Source: Acetatifactor sp. | GTDB lineage: Bacteria > Bacillota > Clostridia > Lachnospirales > Lachnospiraceae | Direction: 5' to 3' | Length of the DNA stretch: 64,000 nucleotides | Assembly (NCBI GenBank): GCA_051877795.1 | Contig: JBJEJG010000040.1 | Coordinates: 1,110-65,109 of the forward strand | Part shown: positions 18,504 to 27,390 of the stretch, in pieces | Position numbering within the stretch: the stretch's first letter is position 1 | How the letters are laid out: each line of letters opens with the position of its first letter | Notes under the pieces: model-generated | Told to the model about the DNA's origin: nothing | Seen by the model: the letters and a program-made list of their open reading frames with translations, nothing else | Database searches by the model: none | Made by a program: the position numbers and the translations under genes

Positions 18504-18905
18504 ATGAATATTCAGAAAAACGGATATCTATCCATTGAGCAGCTGACCGACCGGTATCTGGGCAGCGCTCAGAGGACGGAGAATCACGAGACCACGGAGG
18601 GTCTTTCCTTTCAGGATATTTTACAGCAGAAAAGCCTGACAGGCAGTACAGGGAACCTGAAATTTTCCAAGCACGCGCTGGGGAGACTGACAGACCGGCA
18701 TATTGAGCTTGACAGCGAACAGCTGAAGCGGCTGAATCTGGGTGCGGCAAAGGCAGAAGAGAAGGGTATAAAAGATTCCCTGGTAATTGTAGACCAGCTG
18801 GCGTTCATCGTGAATGTACCCAACCAGACAGTAGTCACTGCAATGGATAGTACAGAGACAAACGAAAACGTATTTACCAATATTAACGGAGCGGTTATCA
18901 TGTAG
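18504..18905 (+). CDS. Flagellar operon protein of unknown function (TIGR02530-like)
   Basis: 133 aa between flgD and flgE. KFSKHALGRLTDRHIELDSEQLKRL...LVIVDQLAFIVNVPNQTVVTAMD matches my recollection of the conserved Firmicute/spirochaete protein found in this slot. Confidence 0.75.
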   Translation: MNIQKNGYLSIEQLTDRYLGSAQRTENHETTEGLSFQDILQQKSLTGSTGNLKFSKHALGRLTDRHIELDSEQLKRLNLGAAKAEEKGIKDSLVIVDQLAFIVNVPNQTVVTAMDSTETNENVFTNINGAVIM

Positions 18906-18984
18906 CCGGACCTATACAGGAGGTTTACAGCTTCCCGACTGACAGAAGGAAGCACGCTCCGTTCCCACAGGAGGAACAGACACT

Positions 18985-20754
18985 ATGATGAGATCACTTT
19001 ATTCTGGTGTGGCAGGACTTAAGACTCACCAGACCAAGATGGATGTTATCGGTAACAATATCGCAAACGTAAACACAACGGCATTTAAGTCAAGTTCTAT
19101 TGTTTTCAGTGAACTGATGAGCCAGACAACGCAGAGAGCCAGCGGACCCAACGCCACCACCGGCACCGGCGGCACTAACGCAAGGCAGATTGGCTTGGGT
19201 GTAAAGAGCGGCGCTATCAATATCAATATTGAGGGTCAGGGTTCTGCACAGTCCACAGGAAATCCCTTTGACATCATGATTACCGGAGACAATTTCTTTG
19301 TTGTCAACAACGGAACTGAAAACTTCTTTACCAGAGACGGTTCTTTCTATGTTGACGGCGGCGGTAACCTTGCCATGACGAGTACAGGCTATAATGTCAT
19401 GGGTTGGGGCGTCGATGAGGAGACAGGCAATATCAAGCAGGATACGGTGACGGCACTGCGTATTATGAGCGCTGCAAATATGACCTATCCTCCCGAGGCA
19501 ACCTCAAAGGCATACATGAGCGGAATACTGGATAAGAACGATACAGATGTCACGAGCGCCAACGGCAAGGTGGTAAACCTGAACTTCTATGATGCGCTGG
19601 GCTACAGCTACACTGCAAGATTTGTGTTCAAGCAGTCCGATGATGTGAACCAGTACAGTCTGGAGCTTTCCAAGCTTCTGGATTCCACAGGTGCTGAGGT
19701 TGACATTTCCGGCGTCGAGGGGTTGTTCGGCTCTGAAGCACAGCAGTTAAAGAGTGGAAAGGTCAGCTTTGACACCACAAATTATAAGTGGGATGGAAAC
19801 AAACTCCAGAATACGAATGGTGACACGGTGGCTGACTTGACAGAGATATTTGATGCGGACGGTAAACTGAACGACCTTACAGCTAAGGTGGATACGGGCC
19901 TGAACATTACTGTGCAGGAGCAGCTGGATGCCATTGCAAAGGCTTATGGCTATGAGGGCTCCACGGATGAGTTCCTGAATCTGCTGTATCAGACAGAGAG
20001 TGCGACTACAGCCGGTGCCGATGGCAACAAGATTTCCGTTCAGACCCTGCTGTACAACAGGATTGCTGATAATGCGGGAACAGCAAAAGGAGATGATACC
20101 TCGATTCCCGTACCGGCTGCGGATGCAACGGCAGGAACTCCATTCTCTTTTGAGACAGTGGGACGCAATTTTGAAGGTACCACCGTCACTTTCGACGGCA
20201 ATACCGGTTATTTTGCGGGTATCAACGGACTGGCAACCGTCTCTACGATGGATTTGCAGTTGTCCAAGCTAAGCGGCAACTTCTCTGATATTGTGATTGA
20301 TTTTTCTGAGATTTCCATGTTTGATAACAAGGGAACCTCCACTTTGGGAGCGACCAGCGGTGATACGGACGGCGTTGGCTCGGGACGCCGCCTGGGCGAT
20401 ATGATTGGTGTGTCGATTCAGCAGAACGGTATGATTTATGCAAGCTATGACAATGGTATGACAAAACTGCTGGGTCAGATTGCAACTGCAAGCTTTGCGA
20501 ATGCCTCCGGTCTGGAGAAGCAGGGTGACAACCTGTACTCTGCAACCTTAAACTCCGGTGAATTCGACGGCATCGGTGTGGATGTGACTGCAAACGGCGG
20601 TTATATGTCCACCGGACAGTTGGAAATGAGTAACGTAGACCTGTCTTCAGAGTTTACGGAGATGATTACCACACAGCGTGGCTTCCAGGCAAACAGCCGT
20701 ATCATTACAGTGTCCGATACCCTCCTGGAGGAATTAACCAACCTGAAGAGATAA
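18985..20754 (+). CDS. flgE: Flagellar hook protein FlgE (long form)
   Basis: N-terminal MRSLYSGVAGLKTHQTKMDVIGNNIANVNTTAFK and C-terminal GQLEMSNVDLSSEFTEMITTQRGFQANSRIITVSDTLLEEL. The central region is large and variable. Confidence 0.93.
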   Translation: MMRSLYSGVAGLKTHQTKMDVIGNNIANVNTTAFKSSSIVFSELMSQTTQRASGPNATTGTGGTNARQIGLGVKSGAININIEGQGSAQSTGNPFDIMITGDNFFVVNNGTENFFTRDGSFYVDGGGNLAMTSTGYNVMGWGVDEETGNIKQDTVTALRIMSAANMTYPPEATSKAYMSGILDKNDTDVTSANGKVVNLNFYDALGYSYTARFVFKQSDDVNQYSLELSKLLDSTGAEVDISGVEGLFGSEAQQLKSGKVSFDTTNYKWDGNKLQNTNGDTVADLTEIFDADGKLNDLTAKVDTGLNITVQEQLDAIAKAYGYEGSTDEFLNLLYQTESATTAGADGNKISVQTLLYNRIADNAGTAKGDDTSIPVPAADATAGTPFSFETVGRNFEGTTVTFDGNTGYFAGINGLATVSTMDLQLSKLSGNFSDIVIDFSEISMFDNKGTSTLGATSGDTDGVGSGRRLGDMIGVSIQQNGMIYASYDNGMTKLLGQIATASFANASGLEKQGDNLYSATLNSGEFDGIGVDVTANGGYMSTGQLEMSNVDLSSEFTEMITTQRGFQANSRIITVSDTLLEELTNLKR

Positions 20755-20884
20755 TATTCGCGGGTAGAGTATCAAGCGACGCCGAAGGCGACATTTGATT
20801 TTTACCGCGGCAGCGAGCAAACGGTCTGCGAAGCAGACGAGAGAGCACGAAGTGCGTGTTTGCGAGTTTACTTAATAAAATGGA

Positions 20885-20910
20885 GGGACGGATTTTTCCG
20901 TCCCTTATAT
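20885..20910 (+). terminator. GC-rich hairpin after flgE (partial terminator, attenuator or 3' stabiliser)
   Basis: gggacgg-attttt-ccgtccc, followed by only a weak U-tract (TTATATCAATTTT). It is the only strong intergenic hairpin inside the roughly 35-kb operon. Confidence 0.45.
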
Positions 20911-20970
20911 CAATTTTGTAAAGGACGTGTGCCGGGCAACTATGATTTCCGTGATACGTGAGGTAGAAGT

Positions 20971-21156
20971 ATGATAGAGGTAACAAAAATAAACGGAGTG
21001 AAGATACTTGTGAATCCGCATTTGTTTGAAATTGTGGAGGAAACGCCGGATACGGTCATCACTCTTACCACCGGCAAAAAAATTATCGTAAAAGAAAGTA
21101 GACAAGAGATAAAAAATCTTGTAAAATTGTATAGAAAGGATATTTTTGCGGAATAA
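20971..21156 (+). CDS. flbD: Flagellar protein FlbD
   Basis: 61 aa. MIEVTKINGVKILVNPHLFEIVEETPDTVITLTTGKKIIVKES is the FlbD/SwrD pattern, and it sits directly upstream of motA. Confidence 0.85.
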   Translation: MIEVTKINGVKILVNPHLFEIVEETPDTVITLTTGKKIIVKESRQEIKNLVKLYRKDIFAE

Positions 21157-21188
21157 TTCAGAAAAAAGCAGAATGTTAGGTGATTGGT

Positions 21189-21980
21189 ATGGATATAGCA
21201 TCGCTGGCTGGTCTGTTATTAGGTCTTGTCATGCTTGTATTTGGTATCATCAGCTCCGCAGGCCCCGGAGGCTTTCATGAGTACATAGACCCGCCTTCTT
21301 TCATTATTACCTTTGGTGGTGCGTTTTCGGCTACGCTTGCTTCTGTCAGCCTGCCTGATTTTATCGGCGGACTCAAGAGCTTTACTTTGATTCTTAAAGC
21401 GCCTGCCGTGAATACGGCTGAGATGATTCAGAAAATTATAGACTTGTCAAATGTGGCCCGTAAGGAAGGTTTGCTCTCGCTGGAGGAGGCCGCTGCCGAT
21501 ATGGACGAGCCTTTTTTAAAGAAAGGGATTCTGCTGATTGTAGATGGTACGGATCCTGATTTAGTGCGTGCAATTATGGAGACTGAGCTTGTAAGCATCG
21601 AGGGGAGACACAAGACGCGAATCGGTTTCTGGGATACGCTTGCTTCCATGGGTCCTGCATGGGGTATGATTGGTACTCTGGTAGGACTTGTAGATATGTT
21701 GTATCATATGGATGATGCTTCCACACTGGGACCCGCCATGGCGGTGGCTCTGATTACGACACTGTACGGTTCCCTGCTGGCAAACTGGATATGTATTCCT
21801 GTGTCCAATAAACTGAAAGCGGACAACGAGACAGAGATGATGATGAAGGAAGTCATGATTGAAGGTCTTTTGTCCATTCAGGCAGGGGAAAACCCCAGAG
21901 TCATTGAGGAGAAATTGAAATCCTTCCTGGCTCCCAAGGACAGAGGCACGAGCGATGAAGAAGCGGGGGGTGAAGCTTAA
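21189..21980 (+). CDS. motA: Flagellar stator protein MotA
   Basis: Four-TM MotA/TolQ/ExbB pattern with C-terminal GPAMAVALITTLYGSLLANWICIPV. GTG 21180 is an alternative start. Confidence 0.92.
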   Translation: MDIASLAGLLLGLVMLVFGIISSAGPGGFHEYIDPPSFIITFGGAFSATLASVSLPDFIGGLKSFTLILKAPAVNTAEMIQKIIDLSNVARKEGLLSLEEAAADMDEPFLKKGILLIVDGTDPDLVRAIMETELVSIEGRHKTRIGFWDTLASMGPAWGMIGTLVGLVDMLYHMDDASTLGPAMAVALITTLYGSLLANWICIPVSNKLKADNETEMMMKEVMIEGLLSIQAGENPRVIEEKLKSFLAPKDRGTSDEEAGGEA

Positions 21981-22804
21981 TGGCAAAGCGCAAAGAAGAT
22001 ACGCCGCCAGCCGGTTCACCGGCATGGATGGCAACCTTCAGTGACCTGATGAACCTGCTGCTTTGCTTTTTCGTTATGCTTTTCTCCATGTCTACGCTGG
22101 AGGAGAGCAAGTTGGCCGAGCTTGTTGCCGCAATGAATAATACATTCAGCATTTTTGATGCGGGGGCGACGGCTATCGGTGAGGGGATATTAATCAGCAA
22201 TGGCGTCAGTCAGCTTAACGAGCTGGACCAATATATAAACAGCACGGGTAAAACTGCGGACAGCGCCAATGAGGGGGAAAGCTTCGAGGAGTATGAGAAG
22301 TCGCCGGAGGAACTGGAGCAGGTTCTTGCGGATGAAAAGCTTCAGAAAAATGAAGAACTGGCTGAAAACGTAGAGGAAGCGCTTCAGGAGCAGGCGGTGG
22401 GAGACCAGGTTGACATCAGCTTTACGGCGCAGTACATACAACTCACCATGAACGGCGCATTGCTGTTCGACTCGGGGAGTGCGGAACTGAAGGAGGATGC
22501 AAAGGACATCCTTGACAAGGTTGGCGTCGTGCTGGAGCGGTACAGCACCGGTACGGTGGAGATTGAGGGGCATACGGACAATGTGCCCATCAGTAATTCC
22601 AAATATGCCAGTAACGAAGAACTGAGCAGTGCAAGAGCGCTTTCCGTGTTTTACTATTTGCAGGAAAATACTTTTCTTAACCCGGTGAATCTGAAGCATG
22701 CAGGTATGGGAGAGAGAGTTCCGGTAGCGGACAATGCCACTGAAGAGGGAAGAAGCATGAACCGGAGAGTTGAAATCAGAATCTATAACCCGGCGCAGGG
22801 CTGA
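21980..22804 (+). CDS. motB: Flagellar stator protein MotB (OmpA-like)
   Basis: WMATFSDLMNLLLCFF (conserved Asp before the TM). The C-terminal OmpA-like domain reads EIEGHTDNVPI...SNEELSSARALSV...NRRVEIRI. The ATG overlaps the motA stop (TAATG). Confidence 0.92.
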   Translation: MAKRKEDTPPAGSPAWMATFSDLMNLLLCFFVMLFSMSTLEESKLAELVAAMNNTFSIFDAGATAIGEGILISNGVSQLNELDQYINSTGKTADSANEGESFEEYEKSPEELEQVLADEKLQKNEELAENVEEALQEQAVGDQVDISFTAQYIQLTMNGALLFDSGSAELKEDAKDILDKVGVVLERYSTGTVEIEGHTDNVPISNSKYASNEELSSARALSVFYYLQENTFLNPVNLKHAGMGERVPVADNATEEGRSMNRRVEIRIYNPAQG

Positions 22805-22830
22805 GAAAGGAATAAGGGGATTTATACTTT

Positions 22831-23376
22831 ATGAAGAAAAATTTGCTGAGTGTGCTGATTTTGGTACTGCTGATTGTGAATATCGCCCTGACGACAATTA
22901 TGATGGTTAATGTCACCAGCACGAATTCCAAGACAGCAGAGCTGGTTACCAGCATTGCAACTGTTATGAATCTTGAATTGTATGAACCGGGGGGAGTATC
23001 GGTGACGGAGGTATCTCTGGCCGATACGGAAACCTATGACATGCCGGAGCTGATGATTCCGTTGGCTGCTTCCACCGTAGTCAATGCGGACGGAACGACC
23101 ACTGCCAGTACGAAGCAGTCCTATATTATTTTTACGCTTTCTCTGCTGCAAAACACAGCGCATGAGGATTACAAAAAACTGGGTGGTGAAGAAAACATTG
23201 CATTCAGGGACAGCCTGATTAAGGACGTCGTCAACCGTGTGGTGGGAAACCATACTCTGGAGGATTGTCAGAACGATTTTGACAGCATCAGGGAAGAAAT
23301 TCTCAAGGAAATTCAGCAGCTGTTCGGATCGGATTTTATTTATAAAATTGCCATCAGCGGAGTGAAGTACGGCTGA
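22831..23376 (+). CDS. fliL: Flagellar basal body-associated protein FliL
   Basis: Single N-terminal TM (LLSVLILVLLIVNIALTTIMM), 181 aa, C-terminal ...REEILKEIQQLFGSDFIYKIAISGVKY. It lies between motB and fliM. Confidence 0.8.
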   Translation: MKKNLLSVLILVLLIVNIALTTIMMVNVTSTNSKTAELVTSIATVMNLELYEPGGVSVTEVSLADTETYDMPELMIPLAASTVVNADGTTTASTKQSYIIFTLSLLQNTAHEDYKKLGGEENIAFRDSLIKDVVNRVVGNHTLEDCQNDFDSIREEILKEIQQLFGSDFIYKIAISGVKYG

Positions 23377-23420
23377 CGCTAAGCAGAGAATATGGAGGTA
23401 CTGACAGGAGGTGAGCTTGC

Positions 23421-24401
23421 GTGGGCGAGGTACTTTCCCAAAATGAAATAGACAATCTGCTTGCAGCGTTGTCTGCCGGTGAACTCGATGTTGACCAGAT
23501 GCAGGAGAACGAAGAAAAGCAGGTTAAGAATTACGATTTCAGCCGCCCGACGAAGTTCTCAAAGGAACACCTGAGGACTCTTGAAATTATCTTTGAGCAT
23601 TACAGCCGACTGGTTTCCACAAATCTGCCCGTGTACCTGAGGAAAAATGTTCAGGTGACAGTGGCAAGCTCGGAAACGGTTACATTTAATGAGTTTACAA
23701 ATGCCTTATCCAATCCTGTTATTCTGGGAATTATTGATTTTGCACCGTTAAACGGAACCATTATCATGGATTTGGCTACGAACCTTGGTTATGCCATGCT
23801 GGACCGGATGCTCGGGGGAAGCGGCATACCTCTTGAAAAAAATCGTGAGTTCTCGGAAATCGAACTGACGATTATCCAGAAGATATTAGTAATGTTCACC
23901 CAGCTCCTCAGAGAGCCCTGGAAGAATGTTGTTGATATATCACCTGTGCTCAGCCGGCTGGAGACGAACCCTCAGTTTGCACAGGTTATTGCCCCTAACG
24001 ACATGATTGCTATTGTGACGCTGAATATGAAAATAGGGGATGTCGAAGGCTTTATGAATGTCTGTCTTCCTTTCTTTACCCTGGAGGACATTATGGACAA
24101 GCTGAATACAAAGTACTGGTTCTCCACGATGCAGGAGACACATGCTGAAGATTATGAAGAGTGTATTGAATCTCTGATTCGAAAGGTAGATGTTCCAATC
24201 AGAGCGGTGCTTGGAAAGAGCACCATCTCAGTCAGCGATTTTATGAATCTTCAGGTGGGAGATTGTATCCGGCTTGATTCGAGAGTGGATGATGACATGA
24301 ACATCTATGTAGGTAATATCAGAAAATTTACCGCATTACCCGGCGCCGATAAAGACTCTTATGCTGTCCGGATTACATCGGTAATCAGAGAGGAGGACTA
24401 A
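23421..24401 (+). CDS. fliM: Flagellar motor switch protein FliM
   Basis: N-terminal CheY-P binding motif LSQNEIDNLL, 326 aa, GTG start after AGGAGG. Confidence 0.93.
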   Translation: MGEVLSQNEIDNLLAALSAGELDVDQMQENEEKQVKNYDFSRPTKFSKEHLRTLEIIFEHYSRLVSTNLPVYLRKNVQVTVASSETVTFNEFTNALSNPVILGIIDFAPLNGTIIMDLATNLGYAMLDRMLGGSGIPLEKNREFSEIELTIIQKILVMFTQLLREPWKNVVDISPVLSRLETNPQFAQVIAPNDMIAIVTLNMKIGDVEGFMNVCLPFFTLEDIMDKLNTKYWFSTMQETHAEDYEECIESLIRKVDVPIRAVLGKSTISVSDFMNLQVGDCIRLDSRVDDDMNIYVGNIRKFTALPGADKDSYAVRITSVIREED

Positions 24402-24403
24402 GA

Positions 24404-25732
24404 ATGGATGGAATGCTGTCTCAGGACGAGATAAATGCGTTGCTAAGCGGCATGGACCTGTCTGATGACGGAGAACCGGAGACGATAGGCAGTTCTGAGG
24501 AAGTGACCGAAGTACCCAGCAGCGGCCCGTCAGGCGGCTCCGCAGGAAATATAAACACGGAGGACATTCTCTCGGATGTGGAGAAGGATGCCATCGGCGA
24601 GGTTGCCAACATCAGTATGGGGTCCTCAGCGACTACGCTGTATTCCCTGGTGAATAGGAAAGTAAATATCACGACTCCTGTGGTTGAACTTGTCACATGG
24701 AACAATTTGCTTACAGAATATGAAAAACCCTGTGTATTCATTCAGATTAAGTACACGGTAGGGTTGGACGGTACCAATATTCTGGTGTTGAAAGAGCATG
24801 ATGTAAAGGTTATTACGGACCTGATGATGGGTGGGGACGGAACCAATACGGATGGAGAACTGGGAGAACTGCACCTGAGTGCAATTTCGGAGGCCATGAA
24901 TCAGATGATGGGTTCAGCGGCGACTTCTCTTTCCACAATGTTGAAAACCACAATTGATATCAGCCCACCGGAGTCATCGCTTTTTGATCTCACACAGATA
25001 AAGAACGGAGAGGACATTGCTCCTTTCCTGGGAGGAATGTTTGTCAAGATATCCTTCCGAATGCAGATTGATGATCTGGTAGACAGTTCTATCATGCAGC
25101 TGTACCCCATAGAGTTTGCACGCAAGCTGGTTGATACTTTCATCAACACACAGATGGGCGGCAGTGGCTCTGACGCCACCAAGCTGGCAGAAGATGTGCA
25201 GGCTATGGAAACACCACCGGCACCGGATGTGGGACAGGCAGCTTCAGGACAGATGAATATGAATGGCATGGGAATGAATCCCATGGGACAAATGGGTATG
25301 AACGGTATGCCGATGGGAATGAATCCTCAGATGGGCATGCCGATGGGAATGAATCCTCAGATGGGTATGTCGATGGGAATGAATCCCCAGATGGGTATGC
25401 CGATGATGGGAATGAATCCCCAGATGAACATGCAGAATATCAATGTTCAACCGGCACAGTTCCAGAATTTTTCGCCGGACGGCAGAGGAATTCCGGGTCA
25501 GGAAAATATCGGACTGATTATGGATGTGCCTTTGGAAGTTACTGTGGAGCTTGGAAGAACCACCAAGTCGATTTCGGAAATTCTCAACTTTGCACCGGGT
25601 ACGATTATTGAACTTGACCGTATTGCCGGTGAGCCCATAGATGTTTTGGTAAACGGTAAATTCGTTGCCAGGGGAGAAGTAGTTGTCATTGAAGAAAGCT
25701 TTGGCGTAAGAGTAACAGAGATTATCAAGTAG
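24404..25732 (+). CDS. fliY: Flagellar switch protein FliY (CheC-like phosphatase domain fused to FliN)
   Basis: N-terminal LSQDEINALL. Both CheC-type sites are present: DAIGEVAN-x22-P and SAISEAMN-x21-PP. The C-terminal FliN/SpoA domain reads LEVTVELGRTTKSISEILNFAPGTIIELDRIAGEPIDVLVNGKFVARGEVVV. Confidence 0.92.
   Translation: MDGMLSQDEINALLSGMDLSDDGEPETIGSSEEVTEVPSSGPSGGSAGNINTEDILSDVEKDAIGEVANISMGSSATTLYSLVNRKVNITTPVVELVTWNNLLTEYEKPCVFIQIKYTVGLDGTNILVLKEHDVKVITDLMMGGDGTNTDGELGELHLSAISEAMNQMMGSAATSLSTMLKTTIDISPPESSLFDLTQIKNGEDIAPFLGGMFVKISFRMQIDDLVDSSIMQLYPIEFARKLVDTFINTQMGGSGSDATKLAEDVQAMETPPAPDVGQAASGQMNMNGMGMNPMGQMGMNGMPMGMNPQMGMPMGMNPQMGMSMGMNPQMGMPMMGMNPQMNMQNINVQPAQFQNFSPDGRGIPGQENIGLIMDVPLEVTVELGRTTKSISEILNFAPGTIIELDRIAGEPIDVLVNGKFVARGEVVVIEESFGVRVTEIIK
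25313..25426 (+). repeat. In-frame 30-bp tandem repeat (about 3.7 copies) encoding MGMNPQMGMP units in the FliY linker
   Basis: atgggaatgaatcctcagatgggcatgccg occupies 25313-25342, 25343-25372 and 25373-25402 with 1-2 substitutions each. A partial copy lies at 25406-25426. A degenerate M/G/N/P/Q-rich extension runs from about 25249. Confidence 0.9.
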
Positions 25733-25744
25733 GAGGACGGTTTA

Positions 25745-26107
25745 ATGGCAAAGAATATTTTAGTATGTGATGATGCAGCGTTCATGAGGATGATGATTAA
25801 GGACATCCTGACAAAGAACGGCTACAATGTGGCTGGAGAGGCTGAAAATGGTCTGAAGGCAGTGGAGAAGTATAAGGAGGTAACTCCCGATCTGGTGCTG
25901 ATGGACATTACCATGCCCGAGATGGACGGAATTCAGGCACTGAAAGAAATTAAAAAGGTTGATGCAGGTGCAAAGGTTATCATGTGCTCTGCAATGGGTC
26001 AGCAGGCAATGGTTATCGAATCTATTCAGGCCGGTGCTAAGGACTTCATTGTAAAGCCCTTCCAGGCAGATCGTGTTCTGGAAGCTGTTAAGAAGGTTGT
26101 GGGCTGA
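25745..26107 (+). CDS. cheY: Chemotaxis response regulator CheY
   Basis: 120-aa stand-alone REC domain: ILVCDDAAFMR, LVLMDITMPEMDG, KDFIVKPF. Confidence 0.93.
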   Translation: MAKNILVCDDAAFMRMMIKDILTKNGYNVAGEAENGLKAVEKYKEVTPDLVLMDITMPEMDGIQALKEIKKVDAGAKVIMCSAMGQQAMVIESIQAGAKDFIVKPFQADRVLEAVKKVVG

Positions 26108-26493
26108 TGCGTCTGTTGCTGACCTTCAGTTCCGGCAGCTATGCTCAGTTTATTACCGTACTTGTGGTGTTCGTCATTGTGCTGGGGATTACGGCTCTCG
26201 TTACAAAGTGGATAGCCGGTTACCAGAAGCAGCAGGGCGTAAACAACAATGTGGAAGTAATTGAGACAAGCCGCATTGCGAATAACAAGTATATTCAGAT
26301 TGTGCGGGTGGGAGAAAAATATATGGTAATTGCAGTCTGCAAGGACACAGTTACCATGCTGGGCGAAATACCCAAGGAGCAGCTGAGGGAGGAAAATTCC
26401 TTCCGGGGAATGCGCTTTAAGGATATTTTGGATAAGGCTGCAAAAAAAAATTCCGAAGAACCAGAGGAAAACCACGTACATGATGAAGTATAA
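26107..26493 (+). CDS. fliO: Flagellar biosynthesis protein FliO/FliZ
   Basis: 128 aa, one TM (FITVLVVFVIVLGITALV), then YIQIVRVGEKYMVIAVCKDTVTMLGEI. It sits directly upstream of fliP and overlaps it. The start overlaps the cheY stop (TGATG). Confidence 0.75.
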   Translation: MRLLLTFSSGSYAQFITVLVVFVIVLGITALVTKWIAGYQKQQGVNNNVEVIETSRIANNKYIQIVRVGEKYMVIAVCKDTVTMLGEIPKEQLREENSFRGMRFKDILDKAAKKNSEEPEENHVHDEV

Positions 26494-27343
26494 GCAGAAA
26501 ATCAAGCGAATAATCACGATAATATGCCTGCTGGTCACGGTGGGCATATTGTGTATTCAAAATTCCATGACGGTACAGGCTTCGGAGAATCACCTTACCG
26601 GCGACAGTGAGACCGCTACGTACATTGACCCACCGGGCACCTACAATACCCCGGAGGAACTGAACCGGTTGAACACGGCTAACACGGTGACGATTACCTA
26701 TAATGAGGGAAACGGGCAGGTAAACGGTGCATTGCGTATTCTGCTTACCCTGACGCTGATTGCGATTGCACCGACGCTCATCATTTTGATGACGTCCTTC
26801 ACCCGTATTATTATTGTACTGCATTTTACCCGTGCCGCGCTGAATACTCAGACTGCTCCGCCGAACCAGATTTTGATAGGTCTTGCTTTGATTTTGACCT
26901 TCTTTATCATGGAGCCGACGATTACCAGAATCAATGAGGAGGCTATACAGCCCTTTGAGGCCGGAGAGATACAGCAGGAGGAGGCGTTTGAAAAGGCGAT
27001 TACTCCACTGAGAGAATTCATGTACCCTCAGACCCAGGTGAAGGATGTGCAGCTGTTTATGGAGATTGCGGGACAGGAGTGGGACGGAAAGAATGAATCC
27101 ATTCCTCTTTCTGTGCTGATTCCCAGCTTTATGTTGAGCGAACTGCGGATTGCCTTCTGGATTGGCTTTATGATATATATCCCGTTTATTGTCATAGACA
27201 TGGTGGTGGCGTCTACCTTGATGAGCATGGGTATGATGATGCTGCCGCCTACGACGATATCCATGCCGTTCAAAATTCTGCTTTTTGTGCTGGCTGACGG
27301 CTGGAGTCTGATTATCGGCAATCTGGTGAGGACATTTTACTGA
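26480..27343 (+). CDS. fliP: Flagellar export apparatus protein FliP
   Basis: Conserved core LRILLTLTLIAIAPTLIILMTSFTRIIIVLHFTRAALNTQTAPPNQILIGLALILTFFIM... The N-terminal signal/propeptide region is long. Confidence 0.95.
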   Translation: MMKYKQKIKRIITIICLLVTVGILCIQNSMTVQASENHLTGDSETATYIDPPGTYNTPEELNRLNTANTVTITYNEGNGQVNGALRILLTLTLIAIAPTLIILMTSFTRIIIVLHFTRAALNTQTAPPNQILIGLALILTFFIMEPTITRINEEAIQPFEAGEIQQEEAFEKAITPLREFMYPQTQVKDVQLFMEIAGQEWDGKNESIPLSVLIPSFMLSELRIAFWIGFMIYIPFIVIDMVVASTLMSMGMMMLPPTTISMPFKILLFVLADGWSLIIGNLVRTFY

Positions 27344-27390
27344 TGATGTGTGGGATAAAGCACGTGAGACGGAAAGGAGAGTGATTTCAG

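Noticed and set aside
20705-21201. Minus-strand ORFs (20705-20986 and 20905-21201) that would fill the flgE-flbD spacer.
   Set aside because: They have no SD, their products are low-complexity, and they overlap flbD antisense. The spacer is better explained as structured non-coding RNA.
25244-25450. A minus-strand ORF encoding a striking His-rich repeat (HLGIHSHRHTHLRIHSHRH...).
   Set aside because: It is the reverse-complement reading of the 30-bp FliY MGMNPQ repeat. The periodicity is inherited from the sense-strand repeat, and there is no independent start or SD context.
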